A stretch of 24,000 nucleotides of DNA, taken from NCBI GenBank assembly GCA_021646465.1, contig SOET01000022.1, positions 6,737 through 30,736 of the forward strand, written 5' to 3'. Numbering within the stretch: the stretch's first letter is position 1; the number at the start of each line of letters is the position of its first letter. Under the pieces are notes generated by a model, which saw only the letters and a list, made by a program, of their open reading frames with translations, did not search any database and was not told the origin of the DNA. This document shows, piece by piece, positions 7,078-17,139 of the stretch. A program made the translations under genes and the position numbers. Source of the stretch: Candidatus Kuenenia hertensis. Its GTDB lineage: Bacteria; Planctomycetota; Brocadiia; Brocadiales; Brocadiaceae.

Positions 7078-8796
7078 ATGTATTTTAAAAGCATGCAAAG
7101 ATTTTGGACAAATATTATTGGCTTTTTCCTTATTTTGATCTTCATTGGTTTGGCAGTAAATTTAGGTCGTATACAGATTGTTGAGCATGATAAATATGTT
7201 AAATTAGCTAAAGCACAACAAAGCAAAAAAGTTAAATTATCCGCAAGAAGGGGACTGATATTAGATAGAAACGGCAGAAAGCTTGCGGAATCCTTACGTG
7301 TTGGCTCTGTTTATGCTGATCCTTCCGCAATTAAAGATGTTTACGAAATTACTCGTCATTTAAGTAAGGTCTTAAAACTTAATTCTTCAAAGTTGTCCCA
7401 AAAACTCAAAAAAGATAAAAAATTTGTCTGGATTAAGAGAAAAATCAGTGATGAGGAATTGAAAGAGATCAATAAGCTCTCCTTGCAGGGAGTTTATATT
7501 GAATATGAATATAACCGTTTTTATCAAAATGGCCAATTGGGGAGCCATGTTATTGGATTTACGGATATCGATGAAAAGGGCCTGGAGGGTATTGAACTGT
7601 CATGTAATCAAGTGTTGTCAGGAGATCCGGGTTATAAGATGATACTCCGCGATGCACAACAAAGCCATATTTTAACGCCGGACATAGAGATGCAGTTTCC
7701 ACAACATGGAGACAACGTCATGCTGACGATTGATAGTCATATCCAACGTTTTACAGAAGAAGAATTGGACAATCTTTGTAAGACATGGTTACCTGTCTCT
7801 GCTACGGCTGTTGTGATGGATACAACAACCGGAGAAATACTTGCTATGGCAAATCGGCCGGCATATGATCCAAATAATGTCAAAAAATATCCTTCACTTG
7901 CCAGGAAAAATCTGGCAATTACAGATTATTATGAACCTGGTTCAATGATAAAACCTATTGTGCTGGCAGGCGTGTTTGAAAACAAGCTTGCCAGCCCTGA
8001 TGATGTAATTGATTGTGAAAATGGAAAATATGTAATGGGTAAAAGAATCTTACATGATTCGCACCGCTACGATACCCTCACCGTCTCTGAAATTATTACC
8101 CATTCGAGCAATATTGGGATGGCCAAATTGGGCATGCTCATGGGAATTGAAAGGATGTATAATCATCTTGAACAGTTTAATTTCGGAAATAGATTTGGTA
8201 TTGAATTATCAGGGGAACAAGAAGGGATTTTTCGTCCGTTGAAAAGCTGGTCAAAACAGTTTTCTTTGGTATCGGTTTCAATAGGACATGAAATTGCGGC
8301 AACACCGCTTCAGTTTATTACAATATTTTGCAGTATTGCAAATGGTGGTCATTTATTAAAACCAAGAATAATAAAGTCGATTATAGGCAATGATGGTAAA
8401 GTTAAAGAAGAATATAAAGGGCCGGAGATTATCAGGCGCGTAATGAGCGAGGAAGTTGCCCGTGATTTGTTAAATCCTATACTAGTTGATGCAGTGCGAA
8501 ACGGAACAGGCAAGAAAGCCTTTTTAACTGAATACGAAGTTGCCGGAAAAACGGGAACGTCTCAGAAGATTAATAAGGCCGATGGCCGTTATTCGCACAA
8601 TAAATATATTGGTTCTTTTGTTGCATATGCACCTGCGGAAAACCCCCGCATTTGTGTGTTGGTGATGGTCGATGAACCAAAAAACGGCGCCTATTATGGT
8701 GGAACTGTTGCGGCCCCTGCAGTGGGAGAAATTATCAAAAAATCGCTGAGGTATCTCAATGTGGAGCCCATGAAATTAAAAATGGCAATGCACTGA
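7078..8796 (+). CDS. ftsI: Class B penicillin-binding protein / peptidoglycan D,D-transpeptidase FtsI
   Basis: N-terminal TM anchor. Transpeptidase motifs SMIK (SxxK), SSN (SxN) and KTGT are all present in the expected order. Canonical dcw position. Confidence 0.9.
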   Translation: MYFKSMQRFWTNIIGFFLILIFIGLAVNLGRIQIVEHDKYVKLAKAQQSKKVKLSARRGLILDRNGRKLAESLRVGSVYADPSAIKDVYEITRHLSKVLKLNSSKLSQKLKKDKKFVWIKRKISDEELKEINKLSLQGVYIEYEYNRFYQNGQLGSHVIGFTDIDEKGLEGIELSCNQVLSGDPGYKMILRDAQQSHILTPDIEMQFPQHGDNVMLTIDSHIQRFTEEELDNLCKTWLPVSATAVVMDTTTGEILAMANRPAYDPNNVKKYPSLARKNLAITDYYEPGSMIKPIVLAGVFENKLASPDDVIDCENGKYVMGKRILHDSHRYDTLTVSEIITHSSNIGMAKLGMLMGIERMYNHLEQFNFGNRFGIELSGEQEGIFRPLKSWSKQFSLVSVSIGHEIAATPLQFITIFCSIANGGHLLKPRIIKSIIGNDGKVKEEYKGPEIIRRVMSEEVARDLLNPILVDAVRNGTGKKAFLTEYEVAGKTGTSQKINKADGRYSHNKYIGSFVAYAPAENPRICVLVMVDEPKNGAYYGGTVAAPAVGEIIKKSLRYLNVEPMKLKMAMH

Positions 8797-8917
8797 CCAT
8801 TTGTAAAACTAAACAAGAAAGGAGGGTTTTTGGGGGTAATTATGTAAAAGGTATATCTGAAAATAGTGTTGAATGTGTTTGTTGTAATTATAGTATTTAG
8901 CGTAGACGAGAGGAGGA

Positions 8918-9187
8918 ATGATGATACCGAAAGACTTGAACAAGAAGAATTTTATTTTATGGTATAGTTTGTATGCTTCCCAAAAAGAATTGGAAATGGT
9001 AAGGGCGAGTAACAGAGAAGCGCTTCATCGGCTTTTAAAGGAATATGCAGAAGAAGTTGACAGGGTAGACAAGACAAAGCGTTTGTATGAACGGATTGTT
9101 CAGCCGCAGAGTATAAATACGCAAGGTTTCGATGGAGTGTTGAGAATAGACTATTTTTTCCATCGGGAAAAAAATAATCAGGTTTAA
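8918..9187 (+). CDS. Hypothetical small protein (about 88 aa), no recognisable family, embedded in the dcw operon
   Basis: ORF preceded by AGGAGG (8911-8916). Tandem ATGs at 8918 and 8921, with 8921 better spaced from the SD. Predicted soluble and helical (KELEMVRASNREALHRLLKEYAEEVDRVDKTKRLYERIV), with no TM segment. Same strand as the flanking genes and tightly packed against them. Confidence 0.55.
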   Translation: MMIPKDLNKKNFILWYSLYASQKELEMVRASNREALHRLLKEYAEEVDRVDKTKRLYERIVQPQSINTQGFDGVLRIDYFFHREKNNQV

Positions 9188-9213
9188 AAGGTATAATTAT
9201 TATAAGGTTGCAA

Positions 9214-10686
9214 ATGAAATTACATGAGATTTGTTCTGTTTTAGAAAAATATAAGTGTAATGTCTCTTTTACGGAGAAAGAAGTTTTAGGGATAACTCAT
9301 GATTCCCGTAAGGTGAAAGAGGGTTATCTCTTTGTTGCTATAAAAGGTTATCAATTCGATGGTCACGACTTTGTCGGTATGGCATCAGAGAAGGGTGCTA
9401 TTGGTATTGTTGCAGAGAAAGTTATTGATTGCGTTATTAATATTCCACAAATTATTGTACCAAATACCCGACGGGCGCTTTCTCTTCTGAGTGACTATTT
9501 CTATGGTTATCCTTCTTCAAAAATGACTATAGTGGGCATTACCGGAACTAATGGCAAGACTACTACTTCGTTTCTTACGAAGTCTATCATAGAATCTTCC
9601 TGTAATGAAGCAGGACTAATAGGAACCATTTCTTATCAAATAGGGAGCAGGGTTATACCTGCAAAACAAACTACCCCTGAATCAATTGATGTGCAATCGT
9701 ATCTTTCAGATATGCTGAATAACAATATAAAATATGCGGTAATCGAAGCAAGCTCACATGCTCTTTCACAGCACAGACTTGATGGAGTACGTTTCCGCAC
9801 GGCTGTTTTTACAAACTTGTCTGCAGAGCATCTCGATTATCATGAGAATATTAAAAATTACAGGGAAGAAAAAATGAAATTAATAAGGGGGTTAGATGAA
9901 AACGCTTTTGCAGTGTTAAATGCCGACCATAATGCAAGTAAATATTTTGCAAAGAATACGGCTGCACAAATAGTGTGGTACGGGATAAAGGATACATCTG
10001 CACATGTGAGAGCAGAGATAATAAACATGGATGCTAACGGAACAAAGTTTTTGTTGATTTCTCCTTGGGGAAAGGAAGTTATTAATTTACAATTAATAGG
10101 CAGTCATAATGTTTATAATGCCCTTGCATCTGCATCGAACGGGTTTTGTCTCGGTTTTGATATTGAAACAGTAAGAAAAGGCATTGAATCTTTAAATAAC
10201 GTTCCTGGCAGGCTGGAAAAGCTTGATTATGGCCAGGATTTTCATATTTTTGTTGATTATGCACATACACACCAGGCATTGCAGGTAGTTTTAGAAGCTC
10301 TCAGAAGCATAACTACCAGGAGGGTTATTTTAATATTCGGTTGTGGTGGAGACAGGGACAGAAAGAAAAGGGCAAAGATGGGGCGTGTAGCGGAAAAATA
10401 TGCAGATTTTTTTTGGATAACAAATGATAATCCTCGTTCCGAAGACCCATTAAATATAATAACTGAAATACAAAAGGGAATAAAAAGCAATGCATGCTAT
10501 AAAATACAACCGGATAGAAAAGCTGCAATTGAAGAAGCTCTTTTTGAGGCAAGAAAGGGAGATGTTGTTGTTATTGCCGGAAAAGGCCACGAACATTATC
10601 AGATATTAAAAGATACTATTATTCCTTTTGATGATCGTGAAGTTGTAAAGCGCGTTTTATCCGGTAGCATGGTATCTCAAAATTAA
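9214..10686 (+). CDS. murE: UDP-N-acetylmuramoyl-L-alanyl-D-glutamate--2,6-diaminopimelate ligase
   Basis: Mur ligase P-loop GITGTNGKTTT. The DNPR motif (TNDNPRSEDP) is associated with meso-DAP specificity. Also GCGGDRD and GKGHE. The ATG at 9214 is preferred to the TTG at 9208. Confidence 0.95.
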   Translation: MKLHEICSVLEKYKCNVSFTEKEVLGITHDSRKVKEGYLFVAIKGYQFDGHDFVGMASEKGAIGIVAEKVIDCVINIPQIIVPNTRRALSLLSDYFYGYPSSKMTIVGITGTNGKTTTSFLTKSIIESSCNEAGLIGTISYQIGSRVIPAKQTTPESIDVQSYLSDMLNNNIKYAVIEASSHALSQHRLDGVRFRTAVFTNLSAEHLDYHENIKNYREEKMKLIRGLDENAFAVLNADHNASKYFAKNTAAQIVWYGIKDTSAHVRAEIINMDANGTKFLLISPWGKEVINLQLIGSHNVYNALASASNGFCLGFDIETVRKGIESLNNVPGRLEKLDYGQDFHIFVDYAHTHQALQVVLEALRSITTRRVILIFGCGGDRDRKKRAKMGRVAEKYADFFWITNDNPRSEDPLNIITEIQKGIKSNACYKIQPDRKAAIEEALFEARKGDVVVIAGKGHEHYQILKDTIIPFDDREVVKRVLSGSMVSQN

Positions 10687-10699
10687 ATGGTTAAGGAAA

Positions 10700-12100
10700 A
10701 TGGACATAATTTCTCTTGAAGAAGTGATAAAAGTTATTAACGGGAAAACTGTGCCGAATATCAAAGGATTAACGGTGAATGGAGTTTCTATTGATAGCAG
10801 GAGCGTACATGAGGGCAATTTGTTTTTTGCTATTAGAGGGGGCAACTATGATGGACATCAGTTTATTGAGCAAGCCTTAAAAGCAGGAGCAGTTGGTGCT
10901 GTTGTATCAGGAAAAAGTAAAATTGATTTTGATTGCAAGGGCTTTCCTTTGGTCCTGGTAGAGGAGGTTAAAACGGCTTTAGGCGATTTAGCGAAACATT
11001 ACCGCAGCAAATTAAATGCAAAGATCATAGGTATTACCGGAAGTAATGGTAAAACTACTACCAAAGATATAGTGCATCATTTGTTATCTCATTTTGGTCC
11101 TGTAGTAAAACCGCAAAAAAGTTTCAATAATTTTATTGGTGTTCCGTTAACGATATTTGAAATGGATTCAAAACACAAATACGGAATACTTGAAATGGGT
11201 ACAAACGCCCCCGGAGAGATATTACGGCTTTCTGAAATTAGTTCTCCGGATATAGCGGTAATTCTGAATATTTCAAAAACGCATTTGGAAGGCTTAGGAA
11301 GTATTGAAGGCGTTGCTTTGGAAAAAGGTGATATATTAAAAAATCTGAGAGAGGTGGGTGTGTTTGTCTATAATATAGACAATCCGTGGTGCGACAAAAT
11401 TGCTCAAGGATTTGCAGGCAATAAGATAAGTTTCGGTTTTAGTTCGAATGCGCAAATAAGATGCACCGGGGTTAAGAAAAAAAATAATGGATATGCATTT
11501 GGGATCAATGGACAATTAGAGATACAAATTCATGTCCCTGGTTATCATAACATTAGTAATTGTTTAGCTTCATTTGCAGTATGTCATGCCCTTGGCCTGG
11601 ATATCTGGGAACTTCAAAAGGCTCTTATATCATTTAAATTACCGGGGATGAGAATTGATTGTCAGCAGATAGGCAATGTTACATTTATTAATGATGCGTA
11701 CAATGCGAATCCTGAATCTATGTTTGCAGCTTTAAAGTATTTTGAAGAGATTAATTCATTAGGGAGAAAAATATTTATTTGCGGAGATATGCTGGAACTT
11801 GGAAATGAATCACATACATTACACAAAGAAATTGGAAGAAAAGTGCCGACGCTTAATTTAGATTTGTTATGGACTGTTGGCAAATATGCGGCTGACATTG
11901 CAAATGCTGCAAAAGATGGTGGTATGGATGAGAGAAAGGTTTTAAGTTTCTCGAATTTGGATGATATCACGGAATATGATATGGGTGAATTTAGAGAAAA
12001 TGATGTAATACTTATTAAAGGCTCCAGAGGAATGCACATGGAAACGATTGTTAATAAATATAAGAAGTATGTCTCTAAGCAGGTGCTTACGCACAATTGA
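10700..12100 (+). CDS. murF: UDP-N-acetylmuramoyl-tripeptide--D-alanyl-D-alanine ligase
   Basis: GITGSNGKTTTK P-loop, EMGTNAPGEI, INDAYNANPESM and IKGSRGMHME. Canonical position after murE. Confidence 0.93.
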   Translation: MDIISLEEVIKVINGKTVPNIKGLTVNGVSIDSRSVHEGNLFFAIRGGNYDGHQFIEQALKAGAVGAVVSGKSKIDFDCKGFPLVLVEEVKTALGDLAKHYRSKLNAKIIGITGSNGKTTTKDIVHHLLSHFGPVVKPQKSFNNFIGVPLTIFEMDSKHKYGILEMGTNAPGEILRLSEISSPDIAVILNISKTHLEGLGSIEGVALEKGDILKNLREVGVFVYNIDNPWCDKIAQGFAGNKISFGFSSNAQIRCTGVKKKNNGYAFGINGQLEIQIHVPGYHNISNCLASFAVCHALGLDIWELQKALISFKLPGMRIDCQQIGNVTFINDAYNANPESMFAALKYFEEINSLGRKIFICGDMLELGNESHTLHKEIGRKVPTLNLDLLWTVGKYAADIANAAKDGGMDERKVLSFSNLDDITEYDMGEFRENDVILIKGSRGMHMETIVNKYKKYVSKQVLTHN

Positions 12101-12121
12101 TTTTGTTTAAGAGGGAATGGA

Positions 12122-13198
12122 TTGTTATACGGTTTGTTGTATTCAATGTTTTCACTTGAAATATTTAGATATATATCCCTTCGTTCCTGCCTGGCTGCAT
12201 TTACGGCATTTTTAATCAGTATTATTTTTGGTCATTGGTTTATCAAAAAATTTCGTGCTTTAAAGTATGGAGAAGACACTACAAAAACAGATTCTGAAGA
12301 ATTGAAAAAAATGCATTTTGCGAAAAAAGATACACCAACAATGGGAGGTATTGTTGTTATTGTTTCGATATTAATCGCAACGTTATTTTGGTGTAATATT
12401 TACAATATTTATGTTCTTTTATTGATGTTTACATTGATCTGGTTTGGCGCTATCGGGTTTATTGATGATTATATTAAACTTACGCAAAAAAACTCGTCTG
12501 GTCTGACAGATATATCGAAATTATTATTCCAGTCTGCCTTAGGGCTTATACTTGGGTTAATATTATATTTTTATTCCAGTAAGTTTACATGGGGTACTCA
12601 GTTAATGATTCCGTTAATAAAAGATTTAAGACCGGAACTGGGACCTTTTTATGTCGTAATAGTAGCTTTTTTTATTGTTGGTATGTCAAATGCCGTGAAT
12701 ATAACGGATGGTTTGGATGGATTGGCAATAGGATGCAGTATTATCGCCGGTATTTCTTTTGCCATTATTTCTTATGTTTCCGGCAGAGTGGACTTCAGTG
12801 AATATTTGAATATTCCTTACATTCCCGGCGGGGGTGAATTGAGTATTTTTTGTGCAGCACTGGTAGGTGGAGGAATGGGTTTCCTATGGTATAACTGCTA
12901 TCCTGCACAAATTTTTATGGGAGACACAGGTTCTTTGACGCTGGGTGGGGTACTTGGATTAGTGAGTATTATAGTAAAACAGGAAATATTAATGATTGTT
13001 ATAGGGGGGATTTTTGTTGCAGAGGCAGTATCGGTGCTTGTACAGGTCTATTTCTTTAAAATTACAAAGAAAAGAATTTTCCTCTGCGCACCTTTGCATC
13101 ATCACTTTCAATTTGCAGGCTGGCCTGAGTCAAAAATTACCTTTAGGTTTTGGATAATTGCTGCGTTGTTAGCAGTATTTAGTTTTATGCTTTTGTAA
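12122..13198 (+). CDS. mraY: Phospho-N-acetylmuramoyl-pentapeptide transferase
   Basis: Polytopic membrane protein with NAVNITDGLDGLA, MGDTGSLTLGG and APLHHHFQFAGW. TTG start at 12122, preceded by AAGAGGGA. Confidence 0.95.
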   Translation: MLYGLLYSMFSLEIFRYISLRSCLAAFTAFLISIIFGHWFIKKFRALKYGEDTTKTDSEELKKMHFAKKDTPTMGGIVVIVSILIATLFWCNIYNIYVLLLMFTLIWFGAIGFIDDYIKLTQKNSSGLTDISKLLFQSALGLILGLILYFYSSKFTWGTQLMIPLIKDLRPELGPFYVVIVAFFIVGMSNAVNITDGLDGLAIGCSIIAGISFAIISYVSGRVDFSEYLNIPYIPGGGELSIFCAALVGGGMGFLWYNCYPAQIFMGDTGSLTLGGVLGLVSIIVKQEILMIVIGGIFVAEAVSVLVQVYFFKITKKRIFLCAPLHHHFQFAGWPESKITFRFWIIAALLAVFSFMLL

Positions 13199-13215
13199 TT
13201 ACCAGGAGAGATATT

Positions 13216-14415
13216 TTGAAATCTTGGCAGTGTATCGTATATATTGTTGTTGCATTACTGGGATTTAGCATAGTCACTGTTTATAGTACGGACATGACAA
13301 TGTTTGCAGCAGGTGGGAAAGGTTATCAATTTACCAAACATCTTGTATGGATTTTATTGGGTTTGGTAGTGTTATTCGTTATGTCGGTCATTGATTACCG
13401 GTATCTGCAGAAATTAACGTATCCAATTATTGCAGTATCAGTAATTTGCCTTTTACTTGTGTTGTTGCCAGGTATTGGAACGGTTACTAACGGAGCAAGA
13501 AGGTGGATCAGACTGGGAAGTATTGCAGGTATTCAACCGTCTGAGTTTGCAAAATTGGCGATAATTATATTTTTGTCGAATTATATAGCCAAAAATCATA
13601 ATAAAATGCATAGCTTTAAAAGAGGGTTTTTAATACCTTTGGGGCTCATAACAATAACAGGCGGGCTAATACTTATGGAACCGGACTTTGGTACCGCTGC
13701 TTTTATCGTTATCTTGTCAATGTTAATGTGTGTGGTTGGCGGTATGCGGATTATATATGTTTGTTTTACTTTGCTGGCGGCGGTTCCATTTATCTATGAA
13801 TTGATTTTTCACGTCCCCTACCGAAAAACAAGATTTACCTCATTTCTTGATCCGTGGCAAGACCCGCAGGGGACGGGATATCACGTGATACAATCATGGA
13901 TTGCCCTTGGTTCCGGAGGGCTGACTGGTTTAGGGTTAGGCAATAGTAAACAAAAACTGTTTTTTCTGCCGGAAAGCAGCAGTGATTTCATATTTACCGT
14001 TATAGGGGAAGAATTTGGTTTTATAGGGGGAATGACGATTATTGTCCTTTTTTCATTATTACTTTGGCAAGGGCTAAAAATTGTCAGCAGGACGAAGGAT
14101 TTGTTTGGTTTCTTTTTAGGACTTGGTATTACGATGATGTTTGGTTTGCAGGCAATTATAAATATTGCAGTCGTTTCCGGTATTATACCGACAAAAGGTA
14201 TACCCTTGCCGCTTTTAAGTACGGGTGGTTCTTCTTTGTTGTTTTCCATGCTAGGTATAGGAATATTAGTAAACATTGCAAAACAATCTCTAAAGTGTGA
14301 CACAGGCAAGTTATTAACTGACGAAGTAAAAGAAAGACGACCAATTAATGAAAAGTTTTTCCCTGTGAGAATTGCCAGCAGAATAATCTCTAAGATAGCA
14401 GCGTTTTCGTGGTAA
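13216..14415 (+). CDS. ftsW: SEDS-family peptidoglycan glycosyltransferase / lipid II flippase FtsW
   Basis: RWIRLGSIAGIQPSEFAKLA, PDFGTA and PTKGIPLPLLSTGGSS are typical FtsW/RodA blocks. TTG start at 13216, preceded by AGGAGAG. Assigned as ftsW from its dcw context. Confidence 0.9.
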   Translation: MKSWQCIVYIVVALLGFSIVTVYSTDMTMFAAGGKGYQFTKHLVWILLGLVVLFVMSVIDYRYLQKLTYPIIAVSVICLLLVLLPGIGTVTNGARRWIRLGSIAGIQPSEFAKLAIIIFLSNYIAKNHNKMHSFKRGFLIPLGLITITGGLILMEPDFGTAAFIVILSMLMCVVGGMRIIYVCFTLLAAVPFIYELIFHVPYRKTRFTSFLDPWQDPQGTGYHVIQSWIALGSGGLTGLGLGNSKQKLFFLPESSSDFIFTVIGEEFGFIGGMTIIVLFSLLLWQGLKIVSRTKDLFGFFLGLGITMMFGLQAIINIAVVSGIIPTKGIPLPLLSTGGSSLLFSMLGIGILVNIAKQSLKCDTGKLLTDEVKERRPINEKFFPVRIASRIISKIAAFSW

Positions 14416-14483
14416 TACTATACGGATATTTAAATTAACTGTTTTTAATTATCGATAGCAATTATTGAAATAGGGGTTAAAAA

Positions 14484-15608
14484 ATGAGGGTATTATTCGC
14501 AGGGGGTGGTACTGGCGGTCACCTTATGGCTGGAATTAGTACTGCTGAAGAAATCCGTATGAGATTTCAGGATGCAGAAATTATCTTTTGCGGTACAGAA
14601 AAAAAATTTGAAGAAGAATATGTATTGCAACGGGGGTTTCAGTTTCAGAAAATTCACGCAAGAAAGTGGGAAAAGTCCTTTAAGGGGATTTTTGCATTTC
14701 TAAGAGCTACATTTTTAGGGATAATTGAATCTTTTTTCCTGTATCGGAAATTCAAACCTGACATTGTTGTAGGGTTGGGGGGATATGCTTCTTTCGCACC
14801 AATTATTGCGGCAAAATTACATTGTATTCCTTCTATATTGCTCGAACAGAATGTGATTCCCGGCAAGGCAAATTTGTTTTTGGCAAGATGGGCTGATGAG
14901 GTTTGCTGCCACTGGCGGGCTTCTCTTAAATGGTTTGTAAAAGCAAAAAAAGTACACGTTACGGGGACTCCGATTCGCAAAGGGATATTGTCTGGCAGGA
15001 GGAGGAATTATTATGAAAAATTTGGGTTGAGTTATGAGAAAAAAACAATTGTAGTTACGGGGGGGAGTCAGGGCGCCCAGGCAATTAATGATGTTATTTT
15101 AAAAAGTTTGCCTAAATTGGAACGGTTTTCAGAAGAAATACAAATAATTCATTGTGCGGGTGAATACGGATATGAATTGGTAAAAAAAGGATACGAACAC
15201 ACAAAAATTGATTCTTTTGTGTGCAGTTTTTTAAATGATATAGATGCAGCGTTTAATATAGCAGATATTGTTATATGCAGGGCAGGCGCTACAACCATTG
15301 CCGAAATTACCGCAATTGGTATCCCCGCTATTCTTATACCATATCCATATGCTGCCGATAATCACCAATATTGGAATGCAATCGAAGTTGAGAAAAACGG
15401 CGGGGGGTATTTGTTGCAACAGATTGATTTAACACCAGAAAAGATTGTTGAAGTTATAGCCGATCTTCTCGAAAACAAGGAAAAATACAACAGGATGAAG
15501 ATGTTTAGCAAAGAAATGGGTATGCCGAATGCCTCTGTTTGTGTTGTAGATATGATAAGCAGATTAATAGGCTTTAAGGAGTCGAGATTGGTATTGCTTA
15601 CCAGATAA
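14484..15608 (+). CDS. murG: UDP-N-acetylglucosamine--N-acetylmuramyl-(pentapeptide) pyrophosphoryl-undecaprenol GlcNAc transferase
   Basis: N-terminal FAGGGTGGHLMAG G-loop, LLEQN, TGGSQGA and CRAGATTIAEITAIGIPAILIPYPYAADNHQYWNA. Confidence 0.95.
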   Translation: MRVLFAGGGTGGHLMAGISTAEEIRMRFQDAEIIFCGTEKKFEEEYVLQRGFQFQKIHARKWEKSFKGIFAFLRATFLGIIESFFLYRKFKPDIVVGLGGYASFAPIIAAKLHCIPSILLEQNVIPGKANLFLARWADEVCCHWRASLKWFVKAKKVHVTGTPIRKGILSGRRRNYYEKFGLSYEKKTIVVTGGSQGAQAINDVILKSLPKLERFSEEIQIIHCAGEYGYELVKKGYEHTKIDSFVCSFLNDIDAAFNIADIVICRAGATTIAEITAIGIPAILIPYPYAADNHQYWNAIEVEKNGGGYLLQQIDLTPEKIVEVIADLLENKEKYNRMKMFSKEMGMPNASVCVVDMISRLIGFKESRLVLLTR

Positions 15609-15650
15609 TTTTTTTACAGGAAAACATGTACACACCATACAACAAAAGCA

Positions 15651-17093
15651 ATGGATAATTCCTTACTGCATACGACATCGGTAAATGACAGGTTGTTAAA
15701 TTACAAACCTTTGCGCGGAAACCGTGTGTATTTTATCGGAATTGGTGGGAGTGGTATGAGTGCGCTTGCACGTATTCTCGTGAGTGAAGGGTGTATTGTT
15801 GCTGGTTCAGATATTCGTCCATCTCCTCTTATTTCATCACTAGAAAAAATAGGAGTAACGGTTAACTCAAAACAAGATGGCAGTATGATGCCGTTGGAAA
15901 CAGATATGGTGGTAGTTTCTGCTGCGATTCAAGAGGGCAATCCTGAATTAAAAGTTGCCCGGCAATTGGGTATTAAAGTGGTAAAATACTCTCAAATACT
16001 TGGTTCTTTGATGCAGGGGAAAAGAGGGATCGCAATTAGCGGCACACATGGAAAAACAACTACCAGTGCGATGGTTTCTACTATTTTAAAAAGGGCCGAA
16101 TTAGACCCTACATATGTTATTGGGGGGGAAGTGCCTGATATCGGAGGAAATGCGCATTTAGGCAGAGGGAATTTCTTTGTGGCGGAAGCATGCGAATATA
16201 AGAGTTCATTCCTTGATCTTGTGCCGCACGTAGGGGTAATTACCAATATAGATGAAGATCATTTGGACTATTATAGTAATCTTGAAGAAATAATAAATGC
16301 TTTTGGACGTTTTGCACGGTTGATATCGGAAAAAGGATTACTGGTAGTGAATGATCAGGATAGAAATGTAGCCGTTGCTATGAAAAAAGCTAATTGTAAA
16401 GTAGAAACGTATTCACTAAGATGTTCTTCCCATTGGCATGTGAAAAAAATTCTTCCTGCTATTCAGGGAATAAATAAATTTCGCGTCTACAAAGGAAACA
16501 AAATCTTCGATGATTTTTGTTTAAATATCCCGGGGACGCATAATATATTGAATGCACTTGCGGCTATTGCTGTTTGTACATTTATTGGCGTTGATAAAGA
16601 AGATATCAGAACTTCATTGGAATCTTTTAAAGGCGCAAACAGGCGTTTTCAAATTGTTGGTACGAAGAATGATATTATAATAATTGATGATTATGCTCAT
16701 CATCCCACGGAAATATATGTTACTTTGAAAGCAGCACGCAAACTTTATCAGGCAAGAAGAATATGGTGTGTATATCAGCCACATCAGTATAGCAGAACAC
16801 GGCACTTATTGAAAAAGATTTCGGAATCTTTTTATCTCGCCGATGAGGTGGTATTGGCAGACATATATGAGTCGCGCGATAATGATTTTGAAAAAACCTC
16901 AGTGAGTTCATTGAAATTATATGAAGAAATTCGTAAAACAGGAGTTAATATACAATATTGTCCGCAACTGGAACATATTGTAAACCTTCTCCATAGCAAC
17001 GTGAAACCGGGAGATGTTATTATTACTATGGGTGCGGGGGACATTGGCAAAGTAGCTCATGAACTGGCGGAAAAATTGGGGAATAATACATAA
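15651..17093 (+). CDS. murC: UDP-N-acetylmuramate--L-alanine ligase
   Basis: YFIGIGGSGMSALARIL Rossmann start, ISGTHGKTTT P-loop, AEACEYKSSFL, DDYAHHPTEI and ITMGAGDI. Confidence 0.95.
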   Translation: MDNSLLHTTSVNDRLLNYKPLRGNRVYFIGIGGSGMSALARILVSEGCIVAGSDIRPSPLISSLEKIGVTVNSKQDGSMMPLETDMVVVSAAIQEGNPELKVARQLGIKVVKYSQILGSLMQGKRGIAISGTHGKTTTSAMVSTILKRAELDPTYVIGGEVPDIGGNAHLGRGNFFVAEACEYKSSFLDLVPHVGVITNIDEDHLDYYSNLEEIINAFGRFARLISEKGLLVVNDQDRNVAVAMKKANCKVETYSLRCSSHWHVKKILPAIQGINKFRVYKGNKIFDDFCLNIPGTHNILNALAAIAVCTFIGVDKEDIRTSLESFKGANRRFQIVGTKNDIIIIDDYAHHPTEIYVTLKAARKLYQARRIWCVYQPHQYSRTRHLLKKISESFYLADEVVLADIYESRDNDFEKTSVSSLKLYEEIRKTGVNIQYCPQLEHIVNLLHSNVKPGDVIITMGAGDIGKVAHELAEKLGNNT

Positions 17094-17139
17094 ATGTCCT
17101 TTTAATCTGAAAAGAAGGATTAATAAAGGTGGGTGCTGA

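Noticed and set aside
8821-8847. GGAGGG followed by a minimal ATG-TAA start-stop (8842-8847) in the ftsI-orphan ORF spacer.
   Set aside because: The SD-to-ATG spacing (about 16 nt) is too long for efficient initiation, and there is no supporting structure.
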